A stretch of 64,000 nt of DNA from an uncultured Candidatus Micrarchaeota archaeon (GCA_963800555.1 CAWDBH010000008.1:113117-177116), one strand, 5' to 3'; counted from the first letter of the stretch, positions 1 to 8,724 are shown. The notes: generated by a model not told the origin, from the letters alone. A program made the numbers and translations.

Positions 1-1698
1 GTGCGGTTGAGGTTTCGTTTCTGGTTGGACTGGAATCACGACTGGCGAAAGTTCTTCGTATGGATCCGGAGCCTTGGAAAGCGAATTCCCAGCCTTCGGC
101 TTATCCACCTTGACTATGGAATAGTGGTCGTGAGGCCCGATGAGGAGCCCCTGGCCGGTCACGAAGGAGTTCATCACGCCTTGGAGGAGCCCCCCGGATA
201 TCCCAGTCATCTTCTCCAATATGCCCATATCTGCTGATGAAGGCATCCTGAACGCGATTATGTTGCCGAAATTGGCCGAGAAACCATCGGGGAAGTCAGC
301 GAGATTCTGGGACGAGATGATAAGCCGCCCGCCGAATTTACCCGCTTCCCTGGCTATCTTGACCGTTGTAGTCGTTATTCCCCGCTCTCTCAGCTTCGGA
401 TTGTTCAGCCTGTGAGCTTCGTCTATGACTATGGTCGTTGGAAGTCTCCTTTCCATCAGAATGGCCAGGTAGCGCCTGAGTATCAGGTCGGCGTAGAAGT
501 CGGCCGCGTTCCGGTCCCTTATATGCGAGAAATCGAAAACGACGTTCCTGCTCTTTCCTGCCAATTCGTGGATGTTCCTTTGCCCTCTGGCATATTCCGC
601 GATTTTGGCGAGCCTGAGGCATAAGCCCGCGTACCGATCCCGCTCATAATAGGATTTAGCCTTCGCCATCGCCTGCTGGATGGTTATGAGGGCATCTTTG
701 ACGCTGGCATCCCTGCTCATTCCCTGCTCCAGCGCCTTCTTCAGTATGGCCAGCTGGAGGTCCCCGCAGTCCGTGAAGGCGGTCAGAAAGCTGTCCACCA
801 CATCGGTCACCCGGTGCTCAAAGGGCTCATTCGGATAGATTGGCGAGAGGGGCGCATAATCGAGCGCATTGACAACGTGATAGCCTTCATTTGCGAGATA
901 GCCGTATTCCCCATGATAATCTATGATGACCATCCCGCGCGTCGTTTCGGCCTTTATCCGGGGTCTTACAAGCCAGGCGATAGCTCCGCAGAACCCAAGA
1001 ACGGATATAGCGAATCCGGCCAGCGCAGCATACACTCCATTCTGGGTGAGATGCCCATTCTGAAGGAGATAGACGACAAGTATGAATGGCAAAACGGGCA
1101 GCGGGATATTGAAAACCATGGTCAGGGTAACGAACAGGATGCCGAGTGCGATGACTATGTGGGGCAGGTACGCCATGAGAGTATTGATATCCGGCTTCTT
1201 CTGAAGCAGTGTCTTGATTGTGGAGCTCTTTCCGGTCTGGCTTCCGCCCACGACTAGGATGTGAGGGCTGGAAGAGCCGATATCCAGGTCTTTCTTCTTA
1301 GGGAGCAGAAAGCGGGAAAACTGCCATTTATTGTCCAAATCGAGCTTGAACTCGCCGATTTCCGAGCCTATCGGAAGGCCAATGTCTGGAAGAGTAAATG
1401 TAATAGACCTAATCATTGTCCAAGCCAACCAGATAAAGGCGGTCTCGATGGTGGCTGCGACAGCCGAGAGAATCAGTGAAATGACAAGGACGAAGATGCA
1501 GAGGTAGGGTGCCAAGAAGCCAAGCAGGATGGTGATTATCGGGATCTGGATGATGTAAAGGAGCAGCCATGGTACGCCCCACAACCCGGCATTTATGGCC
1601 CTGCCAGTGCTCGCGTAAGAGGGGCCTGACCCTCCTCCTGAAAACCATTTCGGGTGCATGTCCAACAAGCTCCCGAAAACAGCCTCTACGCCTGCCAT
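1..1698 (-). CDS. Membrane-embedded FtsK/HerA/VirD4-superfamily P-loop ATPase (C-terminus runs off the window start)
   Basis: Absent from the ORF track because it is open to position 1. My reverse translation from ATG 1698 gives MAGVEAVFGSLLDMHPKW..., followed by N-terminal TM helices. Motifs: Walker A 'ILVVGGSQTGKSST' (1219-1260), 'MVIIDYHGEYGY', Walker B 'TIVIDEAHRL' (406-435), 'REAGKFGGRLIISSQNL'. The ATG lies 2 nt after the stop of the upstream Zn-ribbon ORF. Confidence 0.7.
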   Translation of the reverse strand, partial: MAGVEAVFGSLLDMHPKWFSGGGSGPSYASTGRAINAGLWGVPWLLLYIIQIPIITILLGFLAPYLCIFVLVISLILSAVAATIETAFIWLAWTMIRSITFTLPDIGLPIGSEIGEFKLDLDNKWQFSRFLLPKKKDLDIGSSSPHILVVGGSQTGKSSTIKTLLQKKPDINTLMAYLPHIVIALGILFVTLTMVFNIPLPVLPFILVVYLLQNGHLTQNGVYAALAGFAISVLGFCGAIAWLVRPRIKAETTRGMVIIDYHGEYGYLANEGYHVVNALDYAPLSPIYPNEPFEHRVTDVVDSFLTAFTDCGDLQLAILKKALEQGMSRDASVKDALITIQQAMAKAKSYYERDRYAGLCLRLAKIAEYARGQRNIHELAGKSRNVVFDFSHIRDRNAADFYADLILRRYLAILMERRLPTTIVIDEAHRLNNPKLRERGITTTTVKIAREAGKFGGRLIISSQNLADFPDGFSANFGNIIAFRMPSSADMGILEKMTGISGGLLQGVMNSFVTGQGLLIGPHDHYSIVKVDKPKAGNSLSKAPDPYEELSPVVIPVQPETKPQPH

Positions 1699-1700
1699 CC

Positions 1701-1970
1701 TCACCACTCGTATCCGCAGCTAAGGCATTGCTGCTCCGGCCCACCGGAATGCTCGTGACCATTCTCATCCATCCAGACTATCCTAACGCAGCCTTTGTGG
1801 AACGCTTTGCCATGCATTACCCTTTCCCGTCCTTGGTAGTCCAGCCGCCCATAGATCCTCGGGATGAAATAATCCGAGCCGCATGCCGGGCAAAAACCTG
1901 CCTTGCCAGCCCTTCCTGGCGGTTGCATCGGCACGAAGAACCATTCCCCTAGCTCACGCTGATTTTCCAT
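1701..1970 (-). CDS. Small zinc-ribbon protein (89 aa)
   Basis: Two CxxC pairs ('CPAC', 'CLSC'). Tightly coupled to the downstream ATPase start. Confidence 0.5.
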   Translation of the reverse strand: MENQRELGEWFFVPMQPPGRAGKAGFCPACGSDYFIPRIYGRLDYQGRERVMHGKAFHKGCVRIVWMDENGHEHSGGPEQQCLSCGYEW

Positions 1971-2023
1971 GAATACACCTCGCCATTATTTTTCGAAACT
2001 GAAATGCCGAAGAAGAATCCGGA

Positions 2024-2230
2024 CTATGCGTTCTCTTTCCGGATCACGACCCGGAAGCCGTCGCGGATGATCTGCACCTTTGGAGACCGCTGGAGGTATT
2101 CTATCATCTCCAGGTTCCTCCTGACAGTCCGGTAGTTGAATCCGGTCTGGCGACACAAGTTCATGAAAGACACCGGCTCGCCATTCAATGATTCCAGGAT
2201 TTTCTCCAAAACCTCTTTTTGGGTTCTCAT
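2024..2230 (-). CDS. Small winged-helix DNA-binding protein (68 aa)
   Basis: 'VSFMNLCRQTGFNYRTVRRNLEMIEYL' is HTH-like. It is the first gene of the minus-strand wHTH / Zn-ribbon / ATPase module. Confidence 0.55.
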   Translation of the reverse strand: MRTQKEVLEKILESLNGEPVSFMNLCRQTGFNYRTVRRNLEMIEYLQRSPKVQIIRDGFRVVIRKENA

Positions 2231-2371
2231 TCCATCACCTTCAACCCTACCTCGAGACTGGGAGTATAAATAGTTGGGGCGGGATAAGGATTGTACTCTC
2301 CGCTAGTTGCTAAGCTATAACATAAAATCCTGGCAGAAGCGAACCGCCTGCAGTTAGACTTTAATGTTCTT

Positions 2372-3169
2372 GTGATAACAATACTTGTAATGCTCGAAAA
2401 TAATCTGTTAACGGAATTTATTGACAAGTTTATTGGTTACGGAAAACCAGAAGGAAAAATTTGGATTGTTGGAATGGAAGAAGGCGGCGGTAAAACCGAA
2501 GAGGAAATCCAATCTAGACTCGATACTTGGAAGACCCTAGGAAGGAAGAGCTATGTCGATTTGGTAGAATTTCACGAAGGATTCGGCTATCACGAGAAAT
2601 TCCATTACCCCCAATACTTCTCAGAACGTCCTAAATTACAGCCGACGTGGAGCAAACTAATTCGACTCATTTTAACTGCAAAAACCAATAGATTCCCATC
2701 AACGGAAGAAATAAGGGAGTACCAACGCAACCATCTCGGAAGAAAAAACGGGGATACTTTTCTTGCCGAACTCATGCCATTGCCATCGCCAAGTATTAGC
2801 GATTGGCGTTATCCAAAATGGACTGAACGGACTAATTTGCCAAGCCTCCAAAGCCGGGATGAATACGAAAAAATATATCGTGAGATTCGTGTGGAAAAGC
2901 TACAGAAACTCATTCAAGAATATATGCCTAGTATTGTAATTTTCTACGGTATATCCTACAAAGAAAGTTGGGGGGAGATTTCTAAAACCCAGTTCGAAAA
3001 ACACGTCTTCAGAAAAGAAAACTACTTCACTGCAAAAAGAGAAAACACATTATTCGTAATTACAGAGCAACCAAATGGTGCACGGTCCAACGCCTACTGG
3101 AACAAAGTTGGTCGGTATTGTTGGGGAGCTACTACTCAATACGGCGCTGCTAACGATAGTCTTCCCTGA
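2372..3169 (+). CDS. Hypothetical protein (265 aa; first ATG at 2390), AT-rich orphan
   Basis: Long ORF with protein-like composition. It is visibly more AT-rich than its flanks. I recognise no confident domain. Confidence 0.55.
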   Translation: MITILVMLENNLLTEFIDKFIGYGKPEGKIWIVGMEEGGGKTEEEIQSRLDTWKTLGRKSYVDLVEFHEGFGYHEKFHYPQYFSERPKLQPTWSKLIRLILTAKTNRFPSTEEIREYQRNHLGRKNGDTFLAELMPLPSPSISDWRYPKWTERTNLPSLQSRDEYEKIYREIRVEKLQKLIQEYMPSIVIFYGISYKESWGEISKTQFEKHVFRKENYFTAKRENTLFVITEQPNGARSNAYWNKVGRYCWGATTQYGAANDSLP

Positions 3170-3199
3170 AAAATCCAAAGTTTAAACAAAAGTGTGCCT

Positions 3200-3985
3200 C
3201 TACGCAGGAATCGCCATCTCAACCTTAAATTGCTGATAGCAATTCCTTATGCTGTTCTCGTTGATGCCCGCTGCCTTAGCCAACTGGCTCTGAGTGTACT
3301 GGCCTCCCTTCGCTACCGAAGCAAGGTAAAGGGCAGTTGCCGCTATTGTCGTGGGCTTTCCTCCGTACGACTGATTTTCAAGAAGCTTGACTGCGATATC
3401 TTCGGTTTCATGAGGAATGCCGACGACCAAGGCAATCCGATGGATCTGCTCTACCGGCCTCATCGTTTCGACACCGAACTTCAATGCCCGTTTCATGGCA
3501 AGGTATGTCCGCCCTATATTCTTCGGCTGGAGTTGCGCGGCCTCTGCGAATTCCTCCAGGCTTCTGGAGAATCCCGATACCCTGCAAGCCGCATAAACCG
3601 AAGCCGCCGCGATCCATTGGTATCTGCGGCCATTGGTTACCTTCGCCACCCTAGCCTTGCGGTAAATGCTGATAGCCATCTCCTGCGTGTTTTGAGGCAG
3701 ATGCATAAGGAAGCAGATTCGCTTGATCTCATCCACGATCCTGATATCAAATTTCTTCCTGAAAGCATCAACGGATGCTATCTTGTGCCATTTCTGGATA
3801 TTATCGAAGCTGCCATCAGGTGTATTATCGATCGTAGTCATGCTGCCGAACCGGCTCGATCTCTCAAAGGCCATTCTCGCAAGGACTCTGAGCTGGCGTC
3901 CTTTGGGTGCCGGCTTCTTGAACCAGGACGCGATTTTCTCTCTCAATTTCTCGAAAAAGGACTTCTTATCGAAAGTTTCGCTCAT
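3200..3985 (-). CDS. tfb: TFIIB/TFB-like protein, cyclin-fold core only (261 aa)
   Basis: This is the 3' 261 codons of the 634-aa track ORF, starting at 'MSETFDKK' (ATG 3985). Two cyclin repeats: 'IKRICFLMHLPQNTQEMAISIYRKA...YAACRVSGFSRSLEEFA' and 'IHRIALVVGIPHETEDIAVKLL...TQSQLAKAAGINENSIRNCYQQF'. There is no N-terminal Zn-ribbon. The upstream part of the track ORF is antisense to the integrase. Confidence 0.75.
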   Translation of the reverse strand: MSETFDKKSFFEKLREKIASWFKKPAPKGRQLRVLARMAFERSSRFGSMTTIDNTPDGSFDNIQKWHKIASVDAFRKKFDIRIVDEIKRICFLMHLPQNTQEMAISIYRKARVAKVTNGRRYQWIAAASVYAACRVSGFSRSLEEFAEAAQLQPKNIGRTYLAMKRALKFGVETMRPVEQIHRIALVVGIPHETEDIAVKLLENQSYGGKPTTIAATALYLASVAKGGQYTQSQLAKAAGINENSIRNCYQQFKVEMAIPA

Positions 3986-4047
3986 GCGATCACCCCTATC
4001 TCTATCTCTCCCAAGGTAGTATAAATACTTGGGGTTTTTAGCGAAAT

Positions 4048-5373
4048 TCAATGGTGCGAAGCCCCGGGAGAGCAGTTCTGCCTTTCCGAGAGCTTGCTCA
4101 GTATCATCTCCTGGAAACGCGGATCCTTCATCAGCAGCTCCAGCAGCTCGCTGCTCTCCGTGCTCTTCACCCCGGAATCCCCGGCTCCCTTGAGCGAGAA
4201 TCCGCATTTCGAGCAGAACTTGGCTGACGGAGCGCACGTCTCCCTGCAGCGCGGGCAGATCCCCTCGTGCCCTCCGTCCTCCTCCTTCTGCGTGGCCACG
4301 TCCGCGCTGAAGGCATGGCCGCAGCGGTTGCACATCTTCGAGCCTGGGGAGCCTGTGGTGCTGCACCTCGGGCAGAGCTGGGGCCTGAACCGGTCGGCCT
4401 CCTTCTTCTGGTCCTGGTTGAGGCCGTATACACCGAGGATCGCATTGTCCACGTCCCTGCCGCTCAGGTGGACATAGACGCTTGCCATGTCCGAGCCCTG
4501 GACCCATCCGAAATGCTCTTTCAGCTGGGCCTCCGTGAGCTTGTTGGCCAGCACGGTGGCCCTCGCATGCCTGAAGGCGTGCGGATTGACCTTCTTGCGC
4601 ACTCCGGCAGCATCGGCGAGCTCGGTCAGGAGATTCTTGGCCACCATGTAGCTGAAGGGCAGCATGTCCGGGGCTCCCTTGTGCAGGTTCCTCGCCCAGA
4701 CATACGCCTCGGGTTCGGTCTTGTAGGGGTGGTAGTCGATCCACAGGGCCAGCGCCGGGGCGGAGGCGACGATCCTTATCCGGCGCTCGCCGGTCTTCCC
4801 CGTCACCCGCAGGACGGCGCCGTAATCGTCGAAAGCCACGTTCTTGATCTGGAGGGTCATCACCTCCGCGATGCGGCAGCCGCTCTCGTAGAGGACCTGC
4901 ACGAAGGCCTTGTCGCGGGGCTTGCGGGAGGCGTCGGCCATCTTCCTCACCTCCTCCTCGGTGATGAGGTCCTCCGGCATCTTCACGAGGCGGTTCTTCA
5001 TCCGGCAGCGGATCCACTTGACTTCCGGCGGGAACGATTCGTCGTTGCCCTTGAGCCACTTGTAGAATCGCTTCATCACTATCTTGCGGTCGGCCTTGGT
5101 CCATTCAGCGTATCCAGATGCCTCGACCTCGCCGACTATCCGGGCGATGTCTTCCCTCGTGGCATCCCTGAACGGCCTGCCCAGGCTCCGCGAGAGCCAT
5201 TGCAGGAGCCCCAGGTACTTGCATCTCCGGGATTCCCCGATCCCTATGGAGGCCGCATACGCGTCGAACTCCAGGATGAGGGACCTGTTCGCGGCTATGA
5301 GCTCCGTGTCCTCCCGCAGCCTCTCCAGTTGCCGCTCCAGGCGGGCCACTGTATTGTTTATGTCGATCTTCAC
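4048..5373 (-). CDS. Tyrosine recombinase/integrase with C-terminal double zinc-ribbon
   Basis: 'ESGCRIAEV' (Arg I), 'HAFRHARAT' (H-x-x-R), 'ASVYVHLS' (catalytic Tyr). C-terminal 'CPRCSTTGSPGSKMCNRCG' and 'CPRCRETCAPSAKFCSKCG'. Confidence 0.85.
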   Translation of the reverse strand: MKIDINNTVARLERQLERLREDTELIAANRSLILEFDAYAASIGIGESRRCKYLGLLQWLSRSLGRPFRDATREDIARIVGEVEASGYAEWTKADRKIVMKRFYKWLKGNDESFPPEVKWIRCRMKNRLVKMPEDLITEEEVRKMADASRKPRDKAFVQVLYESGCRIAEVMTLQIKNVAFDDYGAVLRVTGKTGERRIRIVASAPALALWIDYHPYKTEPEAYVWARNLHKGAPDMLPFSYMVAKNLLTELADAAGVRKKVNPHAFRHARATVLANKLTEAQLKEHFGWVQGSDMASVYVHLSGRDVDNAILGVYGLNQDQKKEADRFRPQLCPRCSTTGSPGSKMCNRCGHAFSADVATQKEEDGGHEGICPRCRETCAPSAKFCSKCGFSLKGAGDSGVKSTESSELLELLMKDPRFQEMILSKLSERQNCSPGASHH

Positions 5374-5529
5374 ACCAACACCTCGTTATGTCTTTTTTTA
5401 TACTTCATTGCGTGGTGTCGCATGGTGGTGCGGATTTCCCAGCCCGGAAAAAGGTCCCATGCCCCGGAAAGCGCGTCTTGTTATATAATATGTAAGCGCG
5501 TTTGCCAGGGCTTTATACTATGGGGTGAA

Positions 5530-5602
5530 AGCCCCCGGAGGGATTTGAACCCCCGGCCTCCTCCTTACGAGAGAGGCGCTCTACCAACTGAGCTACGGAG
5601 GC
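5530..5602 (-). tRNA. tRNA-Thr (anticodon CGU)
   Basis: Hand-folded cloverleaf. Acceptor GCCUCCG/CGGGGGC, D arm GCUC-AGUUGGUA-GAGC, anticodon arm CCUCU-CUCGUAA-GGAGG, T arm GGGGG-UUCAAAU-CCCUC. CCA is not encoded. Confidence 0.85.
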
Positions 5603-5677
5603 GATTCAAGCAGAATCGCTCATGCGGTCGCTTGAACGGCGTTCCGTTCAAGTCCCACATTTTTTCTGCGGAAAAAA

Positions 5678-5751
5678 TGCGGTCGCCGGGATTTGAACCC
5701 GGGTTATGGGGTTGGAAACCCCAAGTCCTGACCAGGCTAGACTACAACCGC
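5678..5751 (-). tRNA. tRNA-Gly (anticodon UCC)
   Basis: Acceptor GCGGUUG/CGACCGC, D arm GUCU-AGCCUGGUCA-GGAC, anticodon arm UGGGG-UUUCCAA-CCCCA, T arm CCGGG-UUCAAAU-CCCGG. Confidence 0.85.
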
Positions 5752-5809
5752 TAGGTATCCAATACGGGTTTTATTGTACTAAGGGTTATAAAGCCTTGAA
5801 GTAGCGGGC

Positions 5810-7966
5810 TCATCTCATTCCGAATATGGATTTGATGAAGTCTATTATCCCATCGAAGAATCCTGCGGGTTTGCCGGTTTCACCTGGTGGGGACGTTTGA
5901 TTCTCCTGTGAGCCGCTTTGAGTGCCCGTCGTTTGGCCCGAAGCATTTTGCTGCGCCGCGGCGTTTGAAATATTCTGCTGCACGCTTGGGCTTTGTTGTG
6001 CCCCGGAGTTCGAGGCATTTTGCTGCGCTTCAGGACCTGGATTCTGTTCCGCACCCGAAGCATTCTCGGGATTATTATTCTGCTGCGCTCCTGTGTTCGG
6101 AGCGCCGTTCACGGGCGGGATGTTCGCGTTGCCCGTATCCGTGGTTATGTTCAGGCGGCTCCAATTGAATCTGGCATATTTACTCGAATTGGTCTCATTA
6201 GGGGGTGCGAATCCGATCGCATTCGATGCGATGATGCGCGCAGACGAGATGTTGACCGCCAGCGGGGCCGCAAAGTCCATGTTCTTGGTCGTGAAAACCC
6301 ATTGGAAGTCCGAGTAAAGCGGGGTGCCGTTCACGGATTTGATGCCTTTGGATAGGTATACGTCGTAATCAGTATTGGGCGCGAGCTGCCTGTCCGGGAT
6401 GAATATGGCCATGTTCTGCGCGACCGTGATCTGGCCGGAGACCGGATTCCCGGACGCATCCGTTACGCGGAAAGTCGTCGAGTTCACGGTCGTGTTGTCG
6501 AGAGGTTGCGTGAATATCGGGTAGATGCTGAAGTAGTCTTGGGAATAGTGGCTCGCGAAGGTGCCGTTCTGCGGGAAAACCTTTTTCACGAACATGATGT
6601 CCGTCAAGCCGATCTGCGCATTAGGGGAAAGCCCCTGCACGAGCTGGTTATCGGAGCCGGGCTGGAAAGCTATCTTATCCCCTGCGACCGCGACATCTAT
6701 CCCGGATCTGTTTGTGCCGATGCTCTGAAGCTGCTCCATGCCGTCCAGATCGTAAACCAGGACCGTATCCCCGTAGGTCTGACCGGGGGTGTCGCTCGAA
6801 TCGGTCGTCACGAAAGCGAGCTTGCCATCGCTGGTGGTCGCGATGGTCGATGGATGCTCGTAGTTCGGAACGGTGAGGTATCCGGCCGTGTCGGATGAAT
6901 ACAGTTCATCGTTCGGAACGATATTGAAATCTGTCATGCTGTTGAAGAACGGGCTCGCTAACTTGAGTCCGGAGTACTTGTGCACCACATAAGCCTTGTT
7001 GTAATCGGAATCCATGGTATACCCTATCACATAGAGTGTATTCCCGTCCTCCGAGGTCGAGAGCGCGATCGGGTTGTACGCGGTGATGATGAATTGCATC
7101 CCTCTCGTAAGCGTGTTCATTACCACGATCCCTGTGTCCTGGGCGTTCACCGCATAAAGCATGGTGTCGTCGGCGCCTATGGCGATGTTCCTAGTGTAGA
7201 CATCCGCGCCGCCGGCTCCGAGAAGATCGATTTCGCTCACGGTGTTCGAGGGCCAGTCAAGCTCGTAGACCCTGGGGGACTCGAACCACGGGGCGAAGTA
7301 AACATCCAAGCCATCGGAAGAGAAGGCGATGCTGTTATACATGGTCTGGGTCTTGCCCGGAAGAATCCAGGAGATGCCTTTCGAGAAATCCATTATGAAC
7401 AAGCCACCGTTGGAGGCATTGTCCTGATAAGCAAGGTAAAGCTTGCCATCCGGCGCGACAGCCAAGTGATCCGGATCTATGCCGTCTAACTCATACTGAT
7501 CTATGGGCTGCTGCGTGCTCGCATTGAGGCGGACCACGCGCGTGGTGCTGGTTTTCGGGCATTCGTCGTATGCGGAACAGCCCGGGGTGGAATTCTCCCA
7601 TGTGACCGCTAAGTACACGAACTGGCTGTCAGGAGACACCGCGACGCCGTTGATGAACGCGTTTTGGATATTCGGATCTATCTTTGAAACAATCTTCAGG
7701 GTCGAGGAATCGATCACCAGGGCGGAGCCGCTCGCTACATATGCCATCGGACCGCTTTCGAGCGCGAGTTCGGCAGCTGCGAACAATGCGCTTGTGTTAA
7801 TGCCGCTCATGCGCTGGAACGTGGTGTTGCTCGACGGGAGCGTCGCTATAGTGGTGTTGAGCGCGTTCACGTGAATCATGGACGGGCCTAATCCGAGCGA
7901 GGCAGCATTAACCTGAGATGACGCTAAAAGCAGCAAAAGCAGGATGCCATAGAACAATTTCATCAT
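5810..7966 (-). CDS. Secreted surface protein: YVTN-type beta-propeller repeats, Ig-like (SbsA/Big_5-like) domain and Q/N-rich tail
   Basis: Signal peptide 'MMKLFYGILLLLLLASSQVNA', with SD GGGGTGG just upstream of ATG 7966. Repeats such as 'GVAVSPDSQFVYLAV' and 'MLYAVNAQDTGIVVMNT'. Ig-like segment 'TFRVTDASGNPVSGQITV...PNTDYDVYL'. Low-complexity 'AQQN(A/I)S' tail encoded at ~5840-6130. Confidence 0.7.
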   Translation of the reverse strand: MMKLFYGILLLLLLASSQVNAASLGLGPSMIHVNALNTTIATLPSSNTTFQRMSGINTSALFAAAELALESGPMAYVASGSALVIDSSTLKIVSKIDPNIQNAFINGVAVSPDSQFVYLAVTWENSTPGCSAYDECPKTSTTRVVRLNASTQQPIDQYELDGIDPDHLAVAPDGKLYLAYQDNASNGGLFIMDFSKGISWILPGKTQTMYNSIAFSSDGLDVYFAPWFESPRVYELDWPSNTVSEIDLLGAGGADVYTRNIAIGADDTMLYAVNAQDTGIVVMNTLTRGMQFIITAYNPIALSTSEDGNTLYVIGYTMDSDYNKAYVVHKYSGLKLASPFFNSMTDFNIVPNDELYSSDTAGYLTVPNYEHPSTIATTSDGKLAFVTTDSSDTPGQTYGDTVLVYDLDGMEQLQSIGTNRSGIDVAVAGDKIAFQPGSDNQLVQGLSPNAQIGLTDIMFVKKVFPQNGTFASHYSQDYFSIYPIFTQPLDNTTVNSTTFRVTDASGNPVSGQITVAQNMAIFIPDRQLAPNTDYDVYLSKGIKSVNGTPLYSDFQWVFTTKNMDFAAPLAVNISSARIIASNAIGFAPPNETNSSKYARFNWSRLNITTDTGNANIPPVNGAPNTGAQQNNNPENASGAEQNPGPEAQQNASNSGAQQSPSVQQNISNAAAQQNASGQTTGTQSGSQENQTSPPGETGKPAGFFDGIIDFIKSIFGMR

Positions 7967-8006
7967 AACCACCCCAAACTTCCCAAAGCTACTTATGATA
8001 GGATAC

Positions 8007-8660
8007 TCATTTGAATGCGCTCGCTAGGTCTGAGAGAAACGCCTTAGGGTCCTGCGCGTTCACGAACGCGCTAGCGAGGAGCACGCCTTCGGCTCCGAGA
8101 TCCAGGGCTTTTCTCACATCCTCCTTGTTGCTGACCCCCGCTCCGCAGAGGACTGTGATCCTGTGGTTCACTTCTCTCACGGCTTTCACCGAGTTGGTCA
8201 CGATCTCGGGTTTGGTCTTGGATACGCTCACGCCCTTGCCTATGAGTTCTGGAGGTTCGACCGCTACGAAAGTCGGTGCGAAATGCGCGAGCTCCGACGC
8301 TTCTTTCGCGCTCCCGGCACACACCAGGCTCTCCAACCCGTTCGCATGCAGGCTTTCCACGGTCCTCTTGACAGCATCGTGCGCGATTTTCTTCTCTGAA
8401 TGATTCACGAGCGAGCCCTTCACGCCTATCTCCTTGAGCATCGCGGCCGGTATTGAGCCTGTGAACGCGCCCGGCTGCTCAGGGTCGGCATGCTGCGCGA
8501 AGATACCTGCGAATCTCTCTGCCGCAGGGCGCAGGAACGGAGCAGGAGGGCAGACCACGATCCGCAGGCCGGTCTCCGCCACCACTTCGCTGGCCACGTC
8601 CGTGAAGAAAAGCGATTTCCTTATAGTCGCCTCGTATGTCTTGAGATTCAGGACTATCAT
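8007..8660 (-). CDS. tpiA: Triosephosphate isomerase (archaeal type)
   Basis: 'MIVLNLKTYEATI', 'LVNHSEKK', 'VAVEPPELIGKG', 'VLCGAGVS'. The track ORF extends to 8684, but ATG 8660 fits archaeal TIM N-termini. Confidence 0.85.
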   Translation of the reverse strand: MIVLNLKTYEATIRKSLFFTDVASEVVAETGLRIVVCPPAPFLRPAAERFAGIFAQHADPEQPGAFTGSIPAAMLKEIGVKGSLVNHSEKKIAHDAVKRTVESLHANGLESLVCAGSAKEASELAHFAPTFVAVEPPELIGKGVSVSKTKPEIVTNSVKAVREVNHRITVLCGAGVSNKEDVRKALDLGAEGVLLASAFVNAQDPKAFLSDLASAFK

Positions 8661-8724
8661 AATGTTAATGGCCAGGGATAGCATTTAATTCGTTTCCAGC
8701 ACACAACACTCTACCCAAAAACAT

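Larger units (their letters stand above)
1..5529. mobile_element. Putative integrated element (plasmid/provirus-like) next to the 3' end of tRNA-Thr; distal boundary is outside the window
   Basis: An intact tyrosine integrase gene starts ~155 nt from the 3' end of tRNA-Thr(CGU). The genes beyond it are typical archaeal MGE cargo: TFB paralogue, AT-rich orphan, small wHTH, Zn-ribbon, membrane FtsK/HerA-type ATPase. I found no att direct repeat by eye. Confidence 0.5.

Noticed and set aside
3986-5104. Upstream two-thirds of the 634-aa minus-strand track ORF (3200-5104)
   Set aside because: It is Arg/Gly/Pro-rich nonsense lying antisense-overlapped with the well-supported integrase frame. Only the last 261 codons, from ATG 3985, form the TFB-like protein.
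4267-5754. 495-aa plus-strand ORF
   Set aside because: It is antisense to the integrase and reads straight through both tRNA genes. Its composition (R/G/H/L-rich) is typical of a shadow ORF.
5840-6130. Short nucleotide repeats ('cattttgctgcgc', 'ttctgctgc') as a possible tandem-repeat or CRISPR-like array
   Set aside because: They are the coding consequence of the Q/N-rich 'AQQN' low-complexity tail of the surface protein. They have no regular repeat-spacer structure.
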